Shown here: in pieces, positions 48,768 to 58,211 of the stretch
Layout: each line of letters starts with the position of its first letter
How positions within the stretch are numbered: position 1 is the first letter of the stretch
DNA from: Acidobacteriota bacterium
GTDB taxonomy: Bacteria; Acidobacteriota; UBA6911; RPQK01; JADFOI01
Reading direction: 5' to 3'
DNA length: 64,000 nt
Assembly (NCBI GenBank): GCA_963663035.1
Contig: OY760074.1
Coordinates: 1,152,001 to 1,216,000 of the forward strand
The notes under the pieces: generated by a model
Database searches by the model: none
What the model was told of the DNA's origin: nothing
What the model saw: only the letters and a program-made list of their open reading frames with translations
Program-made: the position numbers and the translations under genes

Positions 48768-50621
48768 ATGAAAAGACTGGTGATTCTCTTTCTTATCATT
48801 CCCTCATTTCAGGTCGTGGGTTTCTCTCAGCTGCATCCCCTGGTTGCAGAGCAGGGCTATGCGGATAGCATTCTGATGAACGCTAAAATTGTCACCATGG
48901 ATGATTGGAGCACCGTTCCCAATACGCCGGGGACCATCGTTGCTTCGATGGCCATCAAAGGCGAGAGAATTATGGCTCTGGGGACCAAGGAGGACATGCG
49001 GAAACTGGCCGGACCCGATACGCGGTTTGTGGACATAGGCAACCGAACCGTGATCCCCGGCATCATTAATCCCCACTTTCATGCTTTCTCGAGCGCAGCC
49101 AGAACCTATGGTCCCAGCCAGGGCCTCAGCGATCCCAGCATACAGTTGAGGGTCGATGGCGAGACCACGGCGGAAGCTACGGCCAGGAAGATCCGAGAGA
49201 CGGTGGTCAATGCCATCCAGGTGCAAAACATCCCCCCCGGTCAGTGGATCACGGTGGGTCTGACCGATAACAAGGCCAATCCGAGCGGGACGGCCCGGGG
49301 TTGGCTCTATCTCGGTGAGATCAATCGGAGGCAGATCGACGGTGGAACGGAAAATAATCCGGTGGTGGTCACCATGGGGATCCAGGGACTTTTCAACAGC
49401 GTGGCCATTGAGGCGATCAAAGCGGTCTTTGTCGACTGGGAGGAAAGTACCGATCTGGAAAACCGGCCTGGGGCTGGCCGAGACGGCTATGCTGCGGTTC
49501 CCGACATTCAGGGCCTGACCTTTGAATTCTGGTGGAAGGATGAGCCCATTGCCAAGTTGGCGGAAAGCTTGCGCCTGTATGGACACGATACGGTGGCGCG
49601 AGGAGTCACCACCATCGGGACCCGAATTCTGTTCCCCAAGGTGATCCAGGCTTACAACCTCCTGAATCGAGAGGGCACGATGCCCCATCGGCTGGCTTAT
49701 TACGCCGAGCCGCAGAGAGGAAACTTCTGGAATCTCAAAACCATCCACGAATTCTACAAGGGGAGTGGTGCCCCCTGGACCACGCACTCCGCCGGTGGCG
49801 ATATGCTGTGGCTCAACGGGATGTGCAATGAAATCTGGGATTCCGTCGTCAACGAGGTGTGCATGGGGCCCGACATGCCCAATGCCTCGGCTGAAGTGAA
49901 GGCCAAGGAGCGATGCCCCAGCCCCGGGACCAAGCCCTGGGAAACCTACCGGGAGGCCATCGTCAGCGGCTGGCGTCCCGTCCAGGCCCACGGCACCTCC
50001 AGCCATGGTGCCCGCCTCTACATCCAGATGCTGGAGCAGGCCATGGAGGAAGGGAATTTCAGCCTGGAGTACATGCGTGGCCTCAGGACCACCCTCGAGC
50101 ACAACATCTTACTGGGCAAGCAACCGGACGTGATCGCGGGACTCAAGAAGTTCGGGATCATCATCAATGTCAATATGGGAATGCTGGGCGGCGTACCCTT
50201 CAATATGAAGGTTTATGGTCCCGAGCTGGAAGAATATGCCATGCCGGTGAAGACCTGGATCAATGAGGGAATCCGTGTGACCTTTGAGGGGGGAGGGAAC
50301 TGGCGTCCCATCCATACCCTGATCACCCGGGAAGTCACCGTGTCCGACTTTGGAGTTCGTCCCGAACCAGGCGTAGAGCCGGAGGTGGTGGTGCTGCTCC
50401 CCGACGAGGCAGTGGATCGAGTCACCGCCCTGAAGATGACCACCAACTGGGCCGCTGAATATGTGATGGCCGAGGACACCCTGGGATCTCTGGAAGTGGG
50501 GAAGTATGCCGATTTCGCGGTACTGGATAGAGATTTCTTCACCATCCCGATCGATGAGATTCTGGATATTGAGGTCGTGGCCACGGGTCTCAACGGGAAG
50601 CTGGTCTACGACCGCCGATAG
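48768..50621 (+). CDS. secreted amidohydrolase_3-family protein
   Basis: Signal peptide, TVIPGIINPHFH, GSLEVGKYADFAVLDRD. Confidence 0.85.
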   Translation: MKRLVILFLIIPSFQVVGFSQLHPLVAEQGYADSILMNAKIVTMDDWSTVPNTPGTIVASMAIKGERIMALGTKEDMRKLAGPDTRFVDIGNRTVIPGIINPHFHAFSSAARTYGPSQGLSDPSIQLRVDGETTAEATARKIRETVVNAIQVQNIPPGQWITVGLTDNKANPSGTARGWLYLGEINRRQIDGGTENNPVVVTMGIQGLFNSVAIEAIKAVFVDWEESTDLENRPGAGRDGYAAVPDIQGLTFEFWWKDEPIAKLAESLRLYGHDTVARGVTTIGTRILFPKVIQAYNLLNREGTMPHRLAYYAEPQRGNFWNLKTIHEFYKGSGAPWTTHSAGGDMLWLNGMCNEIWDSVVNEVCMGPDMPNASAEVKAKERCPSPGTKPWETYREAIVSGWRPVQAHGTSSHGARLYIQMLEQAMEEGNFSLEYMRGLRTTLEHNILLGKQPDVIAGLKKFGIIINVNMGMLGGVPFNMKVYGPELEEYAMPVKTWINEGIRVTFEGGGNWRPIHTLITREVTVSDFGVRPEPGVEPEVVVLLPDEAVDRVTALKMTTNWAAEYVMAEDTLGSLEVGKYADFAVLDRDFFTIPIDEILDIEVVATGLNGKLVYDRR

Positions 50622-50626
50622 ACGGA

Positions 50627-50690
50627 GGAATTCGGGGACTGTCCCCAAATTCCGTCGTCTGTTGTCAGTTGTCAGGTGTCAGCTGTCAGG
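50627..50690. repeat. GGGGAC/GTCCCC hairpin followed by 4 x TGTCAGN heptamers
   Basis: GGAATTCGGGGACTGTCCCCAAATTCC, then TGTCAGT-TGTCAGG-TGTCAGC-TGTCAGG, between convergent genes. Confidence 0.7.
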
Positions 50691-51068
50691 GGCCCGGTAC
50701 CAGGCGTTTGAGTTCTTCAAACCAGTTTTGGACGACGATGATGCTTGTCGTCTGGGCAGGTTCATCCGATCCGCCGCCTTCCTTGAGCATCAGGAACCGG
50801 TCTCCCTCCGGGGAGATATCGATCCTTCGGTTCGCTCTTGCGGACGGTTTGAAGTATGGGCCCAGGTCAAACAACAGCTCCACCGTGCCCTGGGTGAAGG
50901 TCGGCTCGGTTTCAATAGGCACTGCCATCATGCCTTCTGAGCTCCCATAGAACAATTCCCGGCCGTTCGGACTCCAGAGCGGCCATCCTCAGCCCGGTAG
51001 ACCTCTCCCATGCCGCCCTGGCCGATCTTCTGGATGACTTTGTAATGGGAGATAGTGGTGCCGACCAT
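50686..51068 (-). pseudogene. internally deleted Ser/Thr kinase (N-terminal 28 codons fused out of frame to a WD40/TolB C-terminus)
   Basis: MVGTTISHYKVIQKIGQGGMGEVYRAED joined to WPLWSPNGRELFY...VVQNWFEELKRLVP*. Confidence 0.88.
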
Positions 51069-51098
51069 AGTTACTGCTTTCCCAGGTATTTGTTCTAG

Positions 51099-51127
51099 AT
51101 GTTACGCCTGGAGGTCGGGGAAGGCAA
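51099..51127 (-). promoter_or_regulatory. putative kinase promoter copy
   Basis: TTGCCT-17-TAACAT. Confidence 0.6.
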
Positions 51128-51175
51128 TGGGCAATATGGCTTGCCCGGAAGCGGCAGGTGTCGAACCTACTCCGA

Positions 51176-51970
51176 CTAGCGCGCCAGCCCCATCACCGGC
51201 TGTTCACATTGCGCCAGGACGGAATCGACTGCTTCTCTTTCCCTGTTGTCCATGGTGAGACGCCAATCGTTTTTCGCTATGATCCATGCCCTCACATATC
51301 CGCAGTGGAAGTCTGGATTGGGCGGCAACCAATCCGCTGGGCTTCTGTCTCGTTTGGACCTGTTTGCAAATGAAGAAATCGCCGTTAGCATCCTTGGATA
51401 CGATAGATCATTGGCGTACTCATTTCGTAGTTTCGCGCTCCACCGGCTTGCTCCACTGCGGTGTGCCTCAGCAAGCGGGATAAGATGATCGATGTAGAGG
51501 TCCCTGGGATCGGTGAAGGTCTCGCCTGTGTAGGGGTCGAGCCACTGCCCTGAGACGACGCGACAACCTCTGGAGTCCAGCTCGACTGGACCGATGCTTT
51601 CCGCGATCAACACTTCCTGTCGAGTGTTCTGGCAATCTCCGTCCTCGTCCGTCCACCCACCATAAAGATCACGGTCGTATGGGACTGGAGACAGGGCAGA
51701 GCTACTTTCGCCAGTGCTGACCTCAAGTGCGCGAAGTGCCTCCTCTTGGGAGCTGAAAGATTGTCCAGCCAGTGGCCCACTGTGGCAATGGTACCCACCT
51801 CGCTGGCTATCGTGATGGCAGCCCAGTGAGTCAGTGACACCACCATGGGCCACAGCAAGAGATGTTGAGGCCAGAGGCAGGCATATGAGTAGAACAGTGT
51901 AACGAATAGCTAAGAGAACGGTTTTCGATGATGCCTCTTGACCTTCGTAGCTTGACCCCAAAAAAAGCAT
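51176..51970 (-). CDS. secreted YHYH-like plus HNH (DUF1524/GmrSD C-terminal-like) nuclease
   Basis: HGG..D..GCH...YHCH. DGDCQNTRQEVL, IDHLIPLAEA..SGA..W, NRSK.D..PADW. Confidence 0.82.
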   Translation of the reverse strand: MLFLGSSYEGQEASSKTVLLAIRYTVLLICLPLASTSLAVAHGGVTDSLGCHHDSQRGGYHCHSGPLAGQSFSSQEEALRALEVSTGESSSALSPVPYDRDLYGGWTDEDGDCQNTRQEVLIAESIGPVELDSRGCRVVSGQWLDPYTGETFTDPRDLYIDHLIPLAEAHRSGASRWSAKLRNEYANDLSYPRMLTAISSFANRSKRDRSPADWLPPNPDFHCGYVRAWIIAKNDWRLTMDNREREAVDSVLAQCEQPVMGLAR

Positions 51971-53099
51971 GATTCCATCTTAACCTTTAATTTCCTCTTC
52001 CTGCAGAACTCCAAGAGTTAAAAGGCCAAGGAAGCCTACATGCGTTCACAAGTGGAGGTTCAGCCGCTCAAGGCTGAAGGTTTATCCGCAGCAGATAAGG
52101 ATGAGAAGGCCAAACTCCTCAGAGGCAGTCTCTAAAATGAGCTGCAGTTTAGAGGAACGCAGTCCCAAAGCTTGGGCTGCAAAATATTAACTCTTTAGCA
52201 AAGGAGCTTGGCCATGAAAGATTCTATCAAAGAGATCACACAGATTCCGGAACTGACGATGGGTTTGGACCTGGGAGACAAATTTTCCTACTACTGCATC
52301 ATCGACAAGTCAGGACAGAAAGTGGAAGAAGGTAGGGTGAAGACTCAACGACGAGCCATGGAAAGGTTCTTCAAGTCTCAGCCAAAAATGCGGGTGGTGT
52401 TGGAAACGGGAACCCACTCTCGGTGGGTGCAAGCGATAGCCAAGGAGCAAGGACACGAAGAAATCGTGGCCAATCCCCGACAGGTTCGACTCATCAGCCA
52501 GAACCGAAAGAAATCGGACCGCAAGGATGGAGAGCTTCTGGGACGTTTAGGAAGAGTGGATCCCGAGCTGTTGTATCCGATTCAGCATCGGGGCGAAGCC
52601 GCTCAAGCGGACCTGGCGGTGGTTAAAGCTAGAGATGAGCTGGTGAGAGCCCGAACCCGGCTGGTCAATCCTATCCGAGGATCTGTGAAAGCCTTCGGGG
52701 AGCGTCTGCCCAGTTGTTCCACAGAGGCTTTTCCCCATCGGGTCAAACTCCACATTCCGGGTTGCCTGAAGATGGCTTTGGAGCCCCTGCTGGAGATGAT
52801 CCAACAGCTCACCGCACAGATCCGCCAATACGATCGGCAGATTCAGCAACTGTGCCAGCAGAAGTATCCGGACACCGAGAACCTTCAGCAAGTTCGAGGA
52901 GTAGGACCGATCACAGCTCTGGCCTTTGTTTTGACCCTCGAGGATGCCCATCGGTTTGGAAGAAGTCGCCAGGTGGGAGCGTATCTGGGGCTCACTCCCA
53001 GACAAGACCAATCCGGGAATCGGGATCCTCAGTTGAGGATTACCAAAGCCGGCGACCGATTCGTTCGCAAACTACTGGTCGGTAGTTCCCAGTACATCC

Positions 53100-54366
53100 T
53101 GACCTTGCCCCCTAAAACGAGTCCAGTTTGAATGTTAGGATTTCCGGTTTAGGAAGGAGGCAAGGATGGCAGGGAAGCGGTTTAGGGCAGAACAGATCAT
53201 CATGAAGCTGCGTGAGGCAGAGGTGGGTCTGGCCCAAGGACAGAGGGTGGGACAGGTGTCGAAGCAGATGGGGGTGAGCGAGCAGACCTACTACCGGTGG
53301 CGCAAAGAGTACGGAGGGCTCCGGTTGGACCAGGCCAAGAGGTTGAAGGTGTTGGAGAAGGAGAATACCCGGTTGGAGAAGCTGGTGGCGGATCTGTCTT
53401 TGGACAAGCAGATCCTGAAGGAAGTGTCCTCGGGAAACTTCTAGGCCCGGCGAACAGGAGACGAGCGGTGATGTGGGTACGAGAGCGATTAGGAGCAGAG
53501 CGAGTCTCCGAACGTCGGGCCTGCCAAGTGCTGGGACAGGTTCGATCGACCCAGCGAAGGGAAAGGCAAATTCCCGATGATGAGGCCCGATTGGTGGCCC
53601 GGATGGTGGAGTTGGCTACGCAATACGGGCGTTATGGCTACCGGCGGGTCACGGCGATACTTCATGGGGAAGGGTGGAAGGTGAATCCTAAGCGGGTGGA
53701 GAGGCTGTGGAGACAAGAAGGGCTGAAAGTCCCGTCCAGACAGCCGAAACGAAGGAGGCTGTGGCTTAATGACGGTTCCTGTGTTCGGTTACGAGCGGCT
53801 CGCAAGAACCACGTCTGGAGCTATGATTTCGTGCATGAACGGACCCATGATGGGCGAGCCTTTCGGCTATTGACGATCCTGGATGAGTACACCAGAGAGT
53901 GCCTCGCCATTGATGTGAAACGGCAGATGAATCACCAAGACGTGTTGGACCGGCTGGCGGAGTTATTCGTTGATCGGGGAGTGCCTGAGTTTATCCGGTC
54001 CGATAACGGATCGGAGTTTACGGCACAGGCGGTCCGGGACTGGCTGCAGGCTGTTGGGGTAAGGACCTTGTACATCGAGCCGGGCAGCCCCTGGGAGAAT
54101 GGGTACATTGAGAGTTTCAACGGGAAACTACGGGATGAGCTGCTGAACATGGAGATCTTCGACACGCTGGGGGAAGCCAAGGTGTTGGTAGAACGCTGGC
54201 GGAGGGATTACAATCAGATCCGGCCTCACAGCGCCTTGGCCTATCGGCCGCCGGCGCCAGAGGCCAAACTACCTAGGTCGCAGGCACTGGATCCAATCCC
54301 TTGGAGTGGACTTCAAATGGTCCCGGGTCTAGCATAGAGGGTGGACTCGTTCGTGGGGGCAGGTCA
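53100..54366 (+). mobile_element. IS3-family insertion sequence, copy 2, 1267 bp
   Basis: Same termini as copy 1. TSD ATCC at 53096-99 and 54367-70. One visible substitution (K->E in OrfA). Confidence 0.97.
53166..54337 (+). CDS. IS3 transposase OrfA/OrfB (-1 frameshift)
   Basis: Same motifs as copy 1. Confidence 0.95.
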
Positions 54367-54569
54367 ATCCTGGGACCTTTTGGCTCGGATTGTGACTTGC
54401 GACGCTATGGGGAGAGGATTGCTTCCAGAGGAGGAAAAAGCGCCAAGAAGCGAGCCGTGGTGGCGGTGGCTCGTAAACTCTCGGTCCTGCTGCACCATCT
54501 GTGGGTCACAGGAGAGACCTATGAACCGCTGTACAACAATCAAGAGTACCTGGAAGGGGCTGCCTAAGA

Positions 54570-54860
54570 GATTGAACCCAGAAGGGATTCCGGTGAACGT
54601 GACCCGCCCATGGAGTTAACCTCAATGATCCAAATGCCCAGTTCGGGTGACTGCGAACGACCTGCTGTTCCTTCCTTCGGAAGAGAACGAGCCGCAGATT
54701 GCAGCGCCCAGTTTGACGAACCCTTACATGCACCCAGTCCAAATCAAGGGCTGAAAAAGAGTGCGGATGGAAGCAAGGCAAACAAAATCAGCATCACTGG
54801 ATCGATTAAGCGAACTCCCATCAGCTGGCTTAATCACCCGGTCCCGGACTTTTGACCGCC
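54570..54860 (+). ncRNA. putative bridge/seek RNA of the IS1111-type element (structured core 54645-54783; ends uncertain)
   Basis: Two internal loops. GACCTGCT and GCCGCAG match the target. CCTTA and ATGGAAGCA match the element-end junction. Confidence 0.78.
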
Positions 54861-54999
54861 AAGTCGGTCTTGACAAGAAAGGGCCTTCTCATGGAAGCAG
54901 GTCTTGGAAGCGAGGGTCGTCGCGGAGGGGGTGGATCCTCCCCCGACTTCTTGAGCTCAGTTCGCTAGGTGAGCTTGGCGGACTAACATCTATCGCTCG

Positions 55000-56333
55000 C
55001 TACTTTGCACAGGTGCGGAACCCCGCGAAAATGTCATTTCGGTAGGGTCGGAAAAAGTTGCGATAGCCATTGCAAGCAAGACGAGAGCGAGTGGCCCAGG
55101 CGCCGCCCTTTAGTACCTTACGATACCCAAACCAAGGGGCAGAATATTCCTGATAAGGAAAATCCACAATGTACCCCGGAAAAGGATAAAAAGGGGAAGC
55201 GGTCCACTCCCACACATTGCCGATCATCTGGCGGCATCCAAAGGCGCTATCTCCAGAGGGAAACGCAGCAACATCGGCGCATCCCAGAGCACGTGAATCC
55301 AGATTGGCACGATCAGGCGTCGGAAACTCATCTCCCCAGGGATACCGTCTCTGGCCTTCAGCGATTCCTCTACCGCCGCTGGAAGGTTTCCCCATGGCGG
55401 ACATTTCCCATTCTGGCTCCGTGGGGAGGCGTCTCCCCGCCCACTGACAATAGGCTTCGGCTTCGTACCAATTGACATGGATTATGGGAGCGTTCTCTTC
55501 AAGGGGGACCAGCTTGTTGAAGTGCCGACGCAACCATCCCTTCTCACCCCGGCTCCAGTAGAGAGGATGCTGGGCTCCAGCCTTGGTCCGCCAAATCCAC
55601 CCTTGAGGACTTCACAGTTCCTGCCGCAGATATCCTCCATCATCCACGAACTCCGAGAACTCGGCGTTGGACACAGGAGCACGATCTATTTGAAAGGAAG
55701 CGGTTTGCACCGGATGTGCCCACTTCTCATTATCGAAGACAAAGGGAAGGTCCGGCGTAGCTCCGAGTTGAAACGTGGCTTCTGGAATTTCCACGTCTCC
55801 AGGCAAAGGGCCTTCGCTCAACTCAGCGGGAGTTCCTTCTGTGTGAGCGGTGGAAAGCTGAGGCAGGGGGTACTCCAGCGGCTGTCTCATATAGGTAAAA
55901 GCCTCCCCATGCATATCCTCGTGAAACACTGACAGAAGATACAAATAGGTTTCCTCGGCGCTGGGTTCACGCGAGGCTAAACGTTCGACAACTAACTTCA
56001 ATGTGTGCTGCATGTAATCCAGAGTTTTCTCTCTTGAAGGGAGAGGTAAAGACCAGCGATCATCGTGGTCAACTGTGAATGAGTTATAAGAATTATCTCC
56101 GTCTTCCATAATCGGATCGATATGATCCAGGCCGCGCAAGAGAAATATGTCGTAAAAAAAGCAACGTGTCCCAGCTCCCAACGAAACGGATTAACGATCT
56201 CAAGCAGAGGGACGTTTAGTTGGTCAACTTCCAGATCGGTGAGCAGTTCCAACGTTCAATCACGAGCATCGTTGACCAGTTGGAGAAGCTCCGAGGCTGG
56301 AAGCTTGAAGTGCTTATCCTTTAGATTGTTCAT
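55000..56333 (-). pseudogene. senA: selenoneine synthase SenA / EgtB-like sulfoxide synthase pseudogene
   Basis: NPFRWELGHVAFF, HEDMHGEAF, FDNEKWAH, GNVWEW, EYSAPWFG, FAGFRTC. In-frame TGAs at 56256 and 55612, and a frameshift at the A7 run near 56157. Confidence 0.78.
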
Positions 56334-56355
56334 ACTAGTGAATTCCCCCACAGAG

Positions 56356-56483
56356 GATCGGGCAGCACCTTAATGGCCACTTCACTGCTGAGATTAGTGT
56401 CCTGGGCACGATGAACCTCTCTCATGCCGCCCCTGGCCAATCTTTTCAGGGATCTTGTAGTGAGACAGAACATTCCCGACCAC
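56356..56483 (-). pseudogene. Ser/Thr kinase 5' remnant
   Basis: VVGNVLSHYKIPEKIGQG/GMREVHRAQDTNLSSEVAIKVLPD with one frameshift. Confidence 0.82.
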
Positions 56484-56530
56484 AGTGGGCTCCCCGTCTC
56501 CTTCAACGTGTGGGACGTGACTCTTTGTAG

Positions 56531-56560
56531 ATGGTAGACCTTCGAGGGCGGGGAAGGCAA
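56531..56560 (-). promoter_or_regulatory. putative kinase promoter copy
   Basis: TTGCCT-18-TACCAT. Confidence 0.55.
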
Positions 56561-56571
56561 TGGTGATGTGG

Positions 56572-57868
56572 TGCCCATTCCGAAAGATGGGTAACAAATT
56601 ATACCGGACACATGGGTAACACTTATAGGCTTCTTCTGGGAGGTGCCCAGAGATGCCATGGAAGGAGATCTGTGTGATGGACGAGAGAATGAGATTTATA
56701 GCGAAGCTGTTGGATGGGGAGTCCATGAGCCGTCTGTGTGAGGAGTTTGGGATATCCAGAAAGACGGGCTACAAGATTTGGAACCGCTATCAAAACACCG
56801 GCGCTTACGCCCTGGTGGATCGGAGCCGCAAGCCGCATCGTTACGGAAACCAACTGCCCGAACAGGTGGAACGGACCCTGGTCAGGCTAAAGCGAGAGAA
56901 GCCGTATTGGGGAGCTCCCAAGATTCGGGCGCTCCTGATTCGTAGGTTTCCGAATGTACGGCCGCCTGCGGTGAGCACAGTTCACGCGGTTCTGGATCGC
57001 AACGGCCTGGTGAACTGTAGAAAACGGCGACGGTTCAAGGCAGAGGGGACTCGATTGTCCAGCAGCCAGAATCCCAATGACCTTTGGTCTGCCGACTTCA
57101 AAGGAGAGTTCATGCTGGGAGACAAACGGTACTGTTATCCTCTCACCGTGAGCGATCACGCCAGCCGTTATCTGCTCGCCATCGAGGCTCTCGACAGTGT
57201 TAAGGAAAGAGGTGCTTTCCCCGTATTCGAGAGAACCTTTCAAGAGTTAGGTTTGCCGGAAGCGATCCGCACGGACAACGGAGTCCCTTTTGCATCACCC
57301 AACGGATTGTTTGGACTCAGTCGACTGGCCGTCTGGTGGCTTAGGCTAGGAATCCGAATCGAGAGGATCAAGCCCGGCCATCCCGAGCAGAACGGAAGGC
57401 ATGAGCGCCTTCATCTCACCCTCAAGAAGGCCACAGTCGTTCCCGCTGCCCACAACCTTCTTCAGCAGCAAGAGAGGTTTAATGCCTTTCAGGCGGAATA
57501 CAATACTGAGAGACCTCATGAGGCCCTGGGCATGAAGTTTCCGTCCGAGGTCTATACTCCCGCATCTTGTCCCTACCGAGGAATCGGGCGCGTCGAGTAC
57601 CCCATGCACGATCGCACCGTGACCGTCACCAGCTGCGGCAGAATCTGTATGAAAAGTCAAAAGATCAACTTCAGCACGGTGTTTGCTGGTCAAGATGTTG
57701 GAATCAAAGAGGTCAAAGAGAAAATTTGGCTGGTGTCGTTTATGGAATACGACCTCGGTTACTTTGACGAAGACAGTAGAAGGTTTGAACCTATAAATAA
57801 CCCTTTTGGTGCAAAGGTGTTACCTATGTCTTCGGAATAAACTGTAACCTATGTGTCCGGAATGCACC
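56572..57868 (+). mobile_element. IS481-family insertion sequence (ends approximate)
   Basis: Doubled internal repeats CCGGACACATGGGTAACA / TGTAACCTATGTGTCCGG at the ends. No clear TSD. Confidence 0.85.
56653..57840 (+). CDS. IS481-family transposase
   Basis: MPWKE start, WSADFKG, RTDNGVPF, QNGRHERLHLTLK. Confidence 0.95.
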   Translation: MPWKEICVMDERMRFIAKLLDGESMSRLCEEFGISRKTGYKIWNRYQNTGAYALVDRSRKPHRYGNQLPEQVERTLVRLKREKPYWGAPKIRALLIRRFPNVRPPAVSTVHAVLDRNGLVNCRKRRRFKAEGTRLSSSQNPNDLWSADFKGEFMLGDKRYCYPLTVSDHASRYLLAIEALDSVKERGAFPVFERTFQELGLPEAIRTDNGVPFASPNGLFGLSRLAVWWLRLGIRIERIKPGHPEQNGRHERLHLTLKKATVVPAAHNLLQQQERFNAFQAEYNTERPHEALGMKFPSEVYTPASCPYRGIGRVEYPMHDRTVTVTSCGRICMKSQKINFSTVFAGQDVGIKEVKEKIWLVSFMEYDLGYFDEDSRRFEPINNPFGAKVLPMSSE

Positions 57869-57877
57869 GATTTTAAC

Positions 57878-57922
57878 TGGCGCGCCCGACAGGATTCGAA
57901 CCTGTGACCTTGGGTTTCGTAG
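57878..57922 (-). repeat. duplicated 3' half of tRNA-Arg with CCA (att-like site)
   Basis: Matches 60966-61007 with 1 mismatch, stops at the anticodon loop, and carries CCA. Confidence 0.9.
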
Positions 57923-58211
57923 GTTGAAGTCGCCGGTTTTCACCTCATTTCATCTCAGTGCATCTGAGTTTCTATCATCTTTGGAAACAACACCTTAAAA
58001 CCCAGCGAGTATTTCATCTCACTTTCTCTCATCTTTGTCAGTTTGGCTCATCTCGTTAGATGAAATTAGATTGAGGGGGGCGAATGCAGGGATACTCTGT
58101 CTATTGTTTCTTGTGTGGCCCACGTGCATCATCTAGTATTGGCACTAAGCCCATGCCATTTTGACGGCACCACAACAAGAACCAAAAGGAGAAACAGGGG
58201 AGGGTATCACG

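Larger units (their letters stand above)
52214..54567 (+). pseudogene. IS110 DEDD recombinase split by IS3
   Basis: GLDLG, VLETG, KSDRKD, YLGLTP..QSG. Removing the IS3 plus one ATCC restores SQYILGPFG...AVARKL...AA*. Confidence 0.93.
52095..54900 (+). mobile_element. IS110-family (IS1111-type) element interrupted by IS3
   Basis: Sub-terminal IRs ATGAGAAGGCC (52101-52111) and GGCCTTCTCAT (54882-54892). GCAG at both junctions (52091-94, 54897-900). Long right non-coding end. Flanks rejoin into a kinase tail. Confidence 0.9.

Noticed and set aside
48804-50102. Long antisense ORFs (also 218-1078, 9204-9986, 38789-39706)
   Set aside because: Shadow frames of GC-rich genes with no recognisable motifs.
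54870-54900. Complete junction promoter for the IS1111 circle
   Set aside because: TTGACA is clear, but no convincing -10 appears at 16-18 nt in the reconstructed junction, so it is not called as a feature.
55612-56258. In-frame TGA codons in a selenium-pathway gene as selenocysteine recoding
   Set aside because: They fall at positions expected to be Arg (CGA) and Trp (TGG), and the gene also has a frameshift. Simple nonsense mutations are more likely.
44073-56483. Diversity-generating retroelement or retron behind the kinase repeats
   Set aside because: No reverse transcriptase in the window, and mismatches between copies are not adenine-specific.
57878-57922. Second tRNA-Arg gene
   Set aside because: Lacks the 5' acceptor strand and D arm, so it is an att-type fragment.
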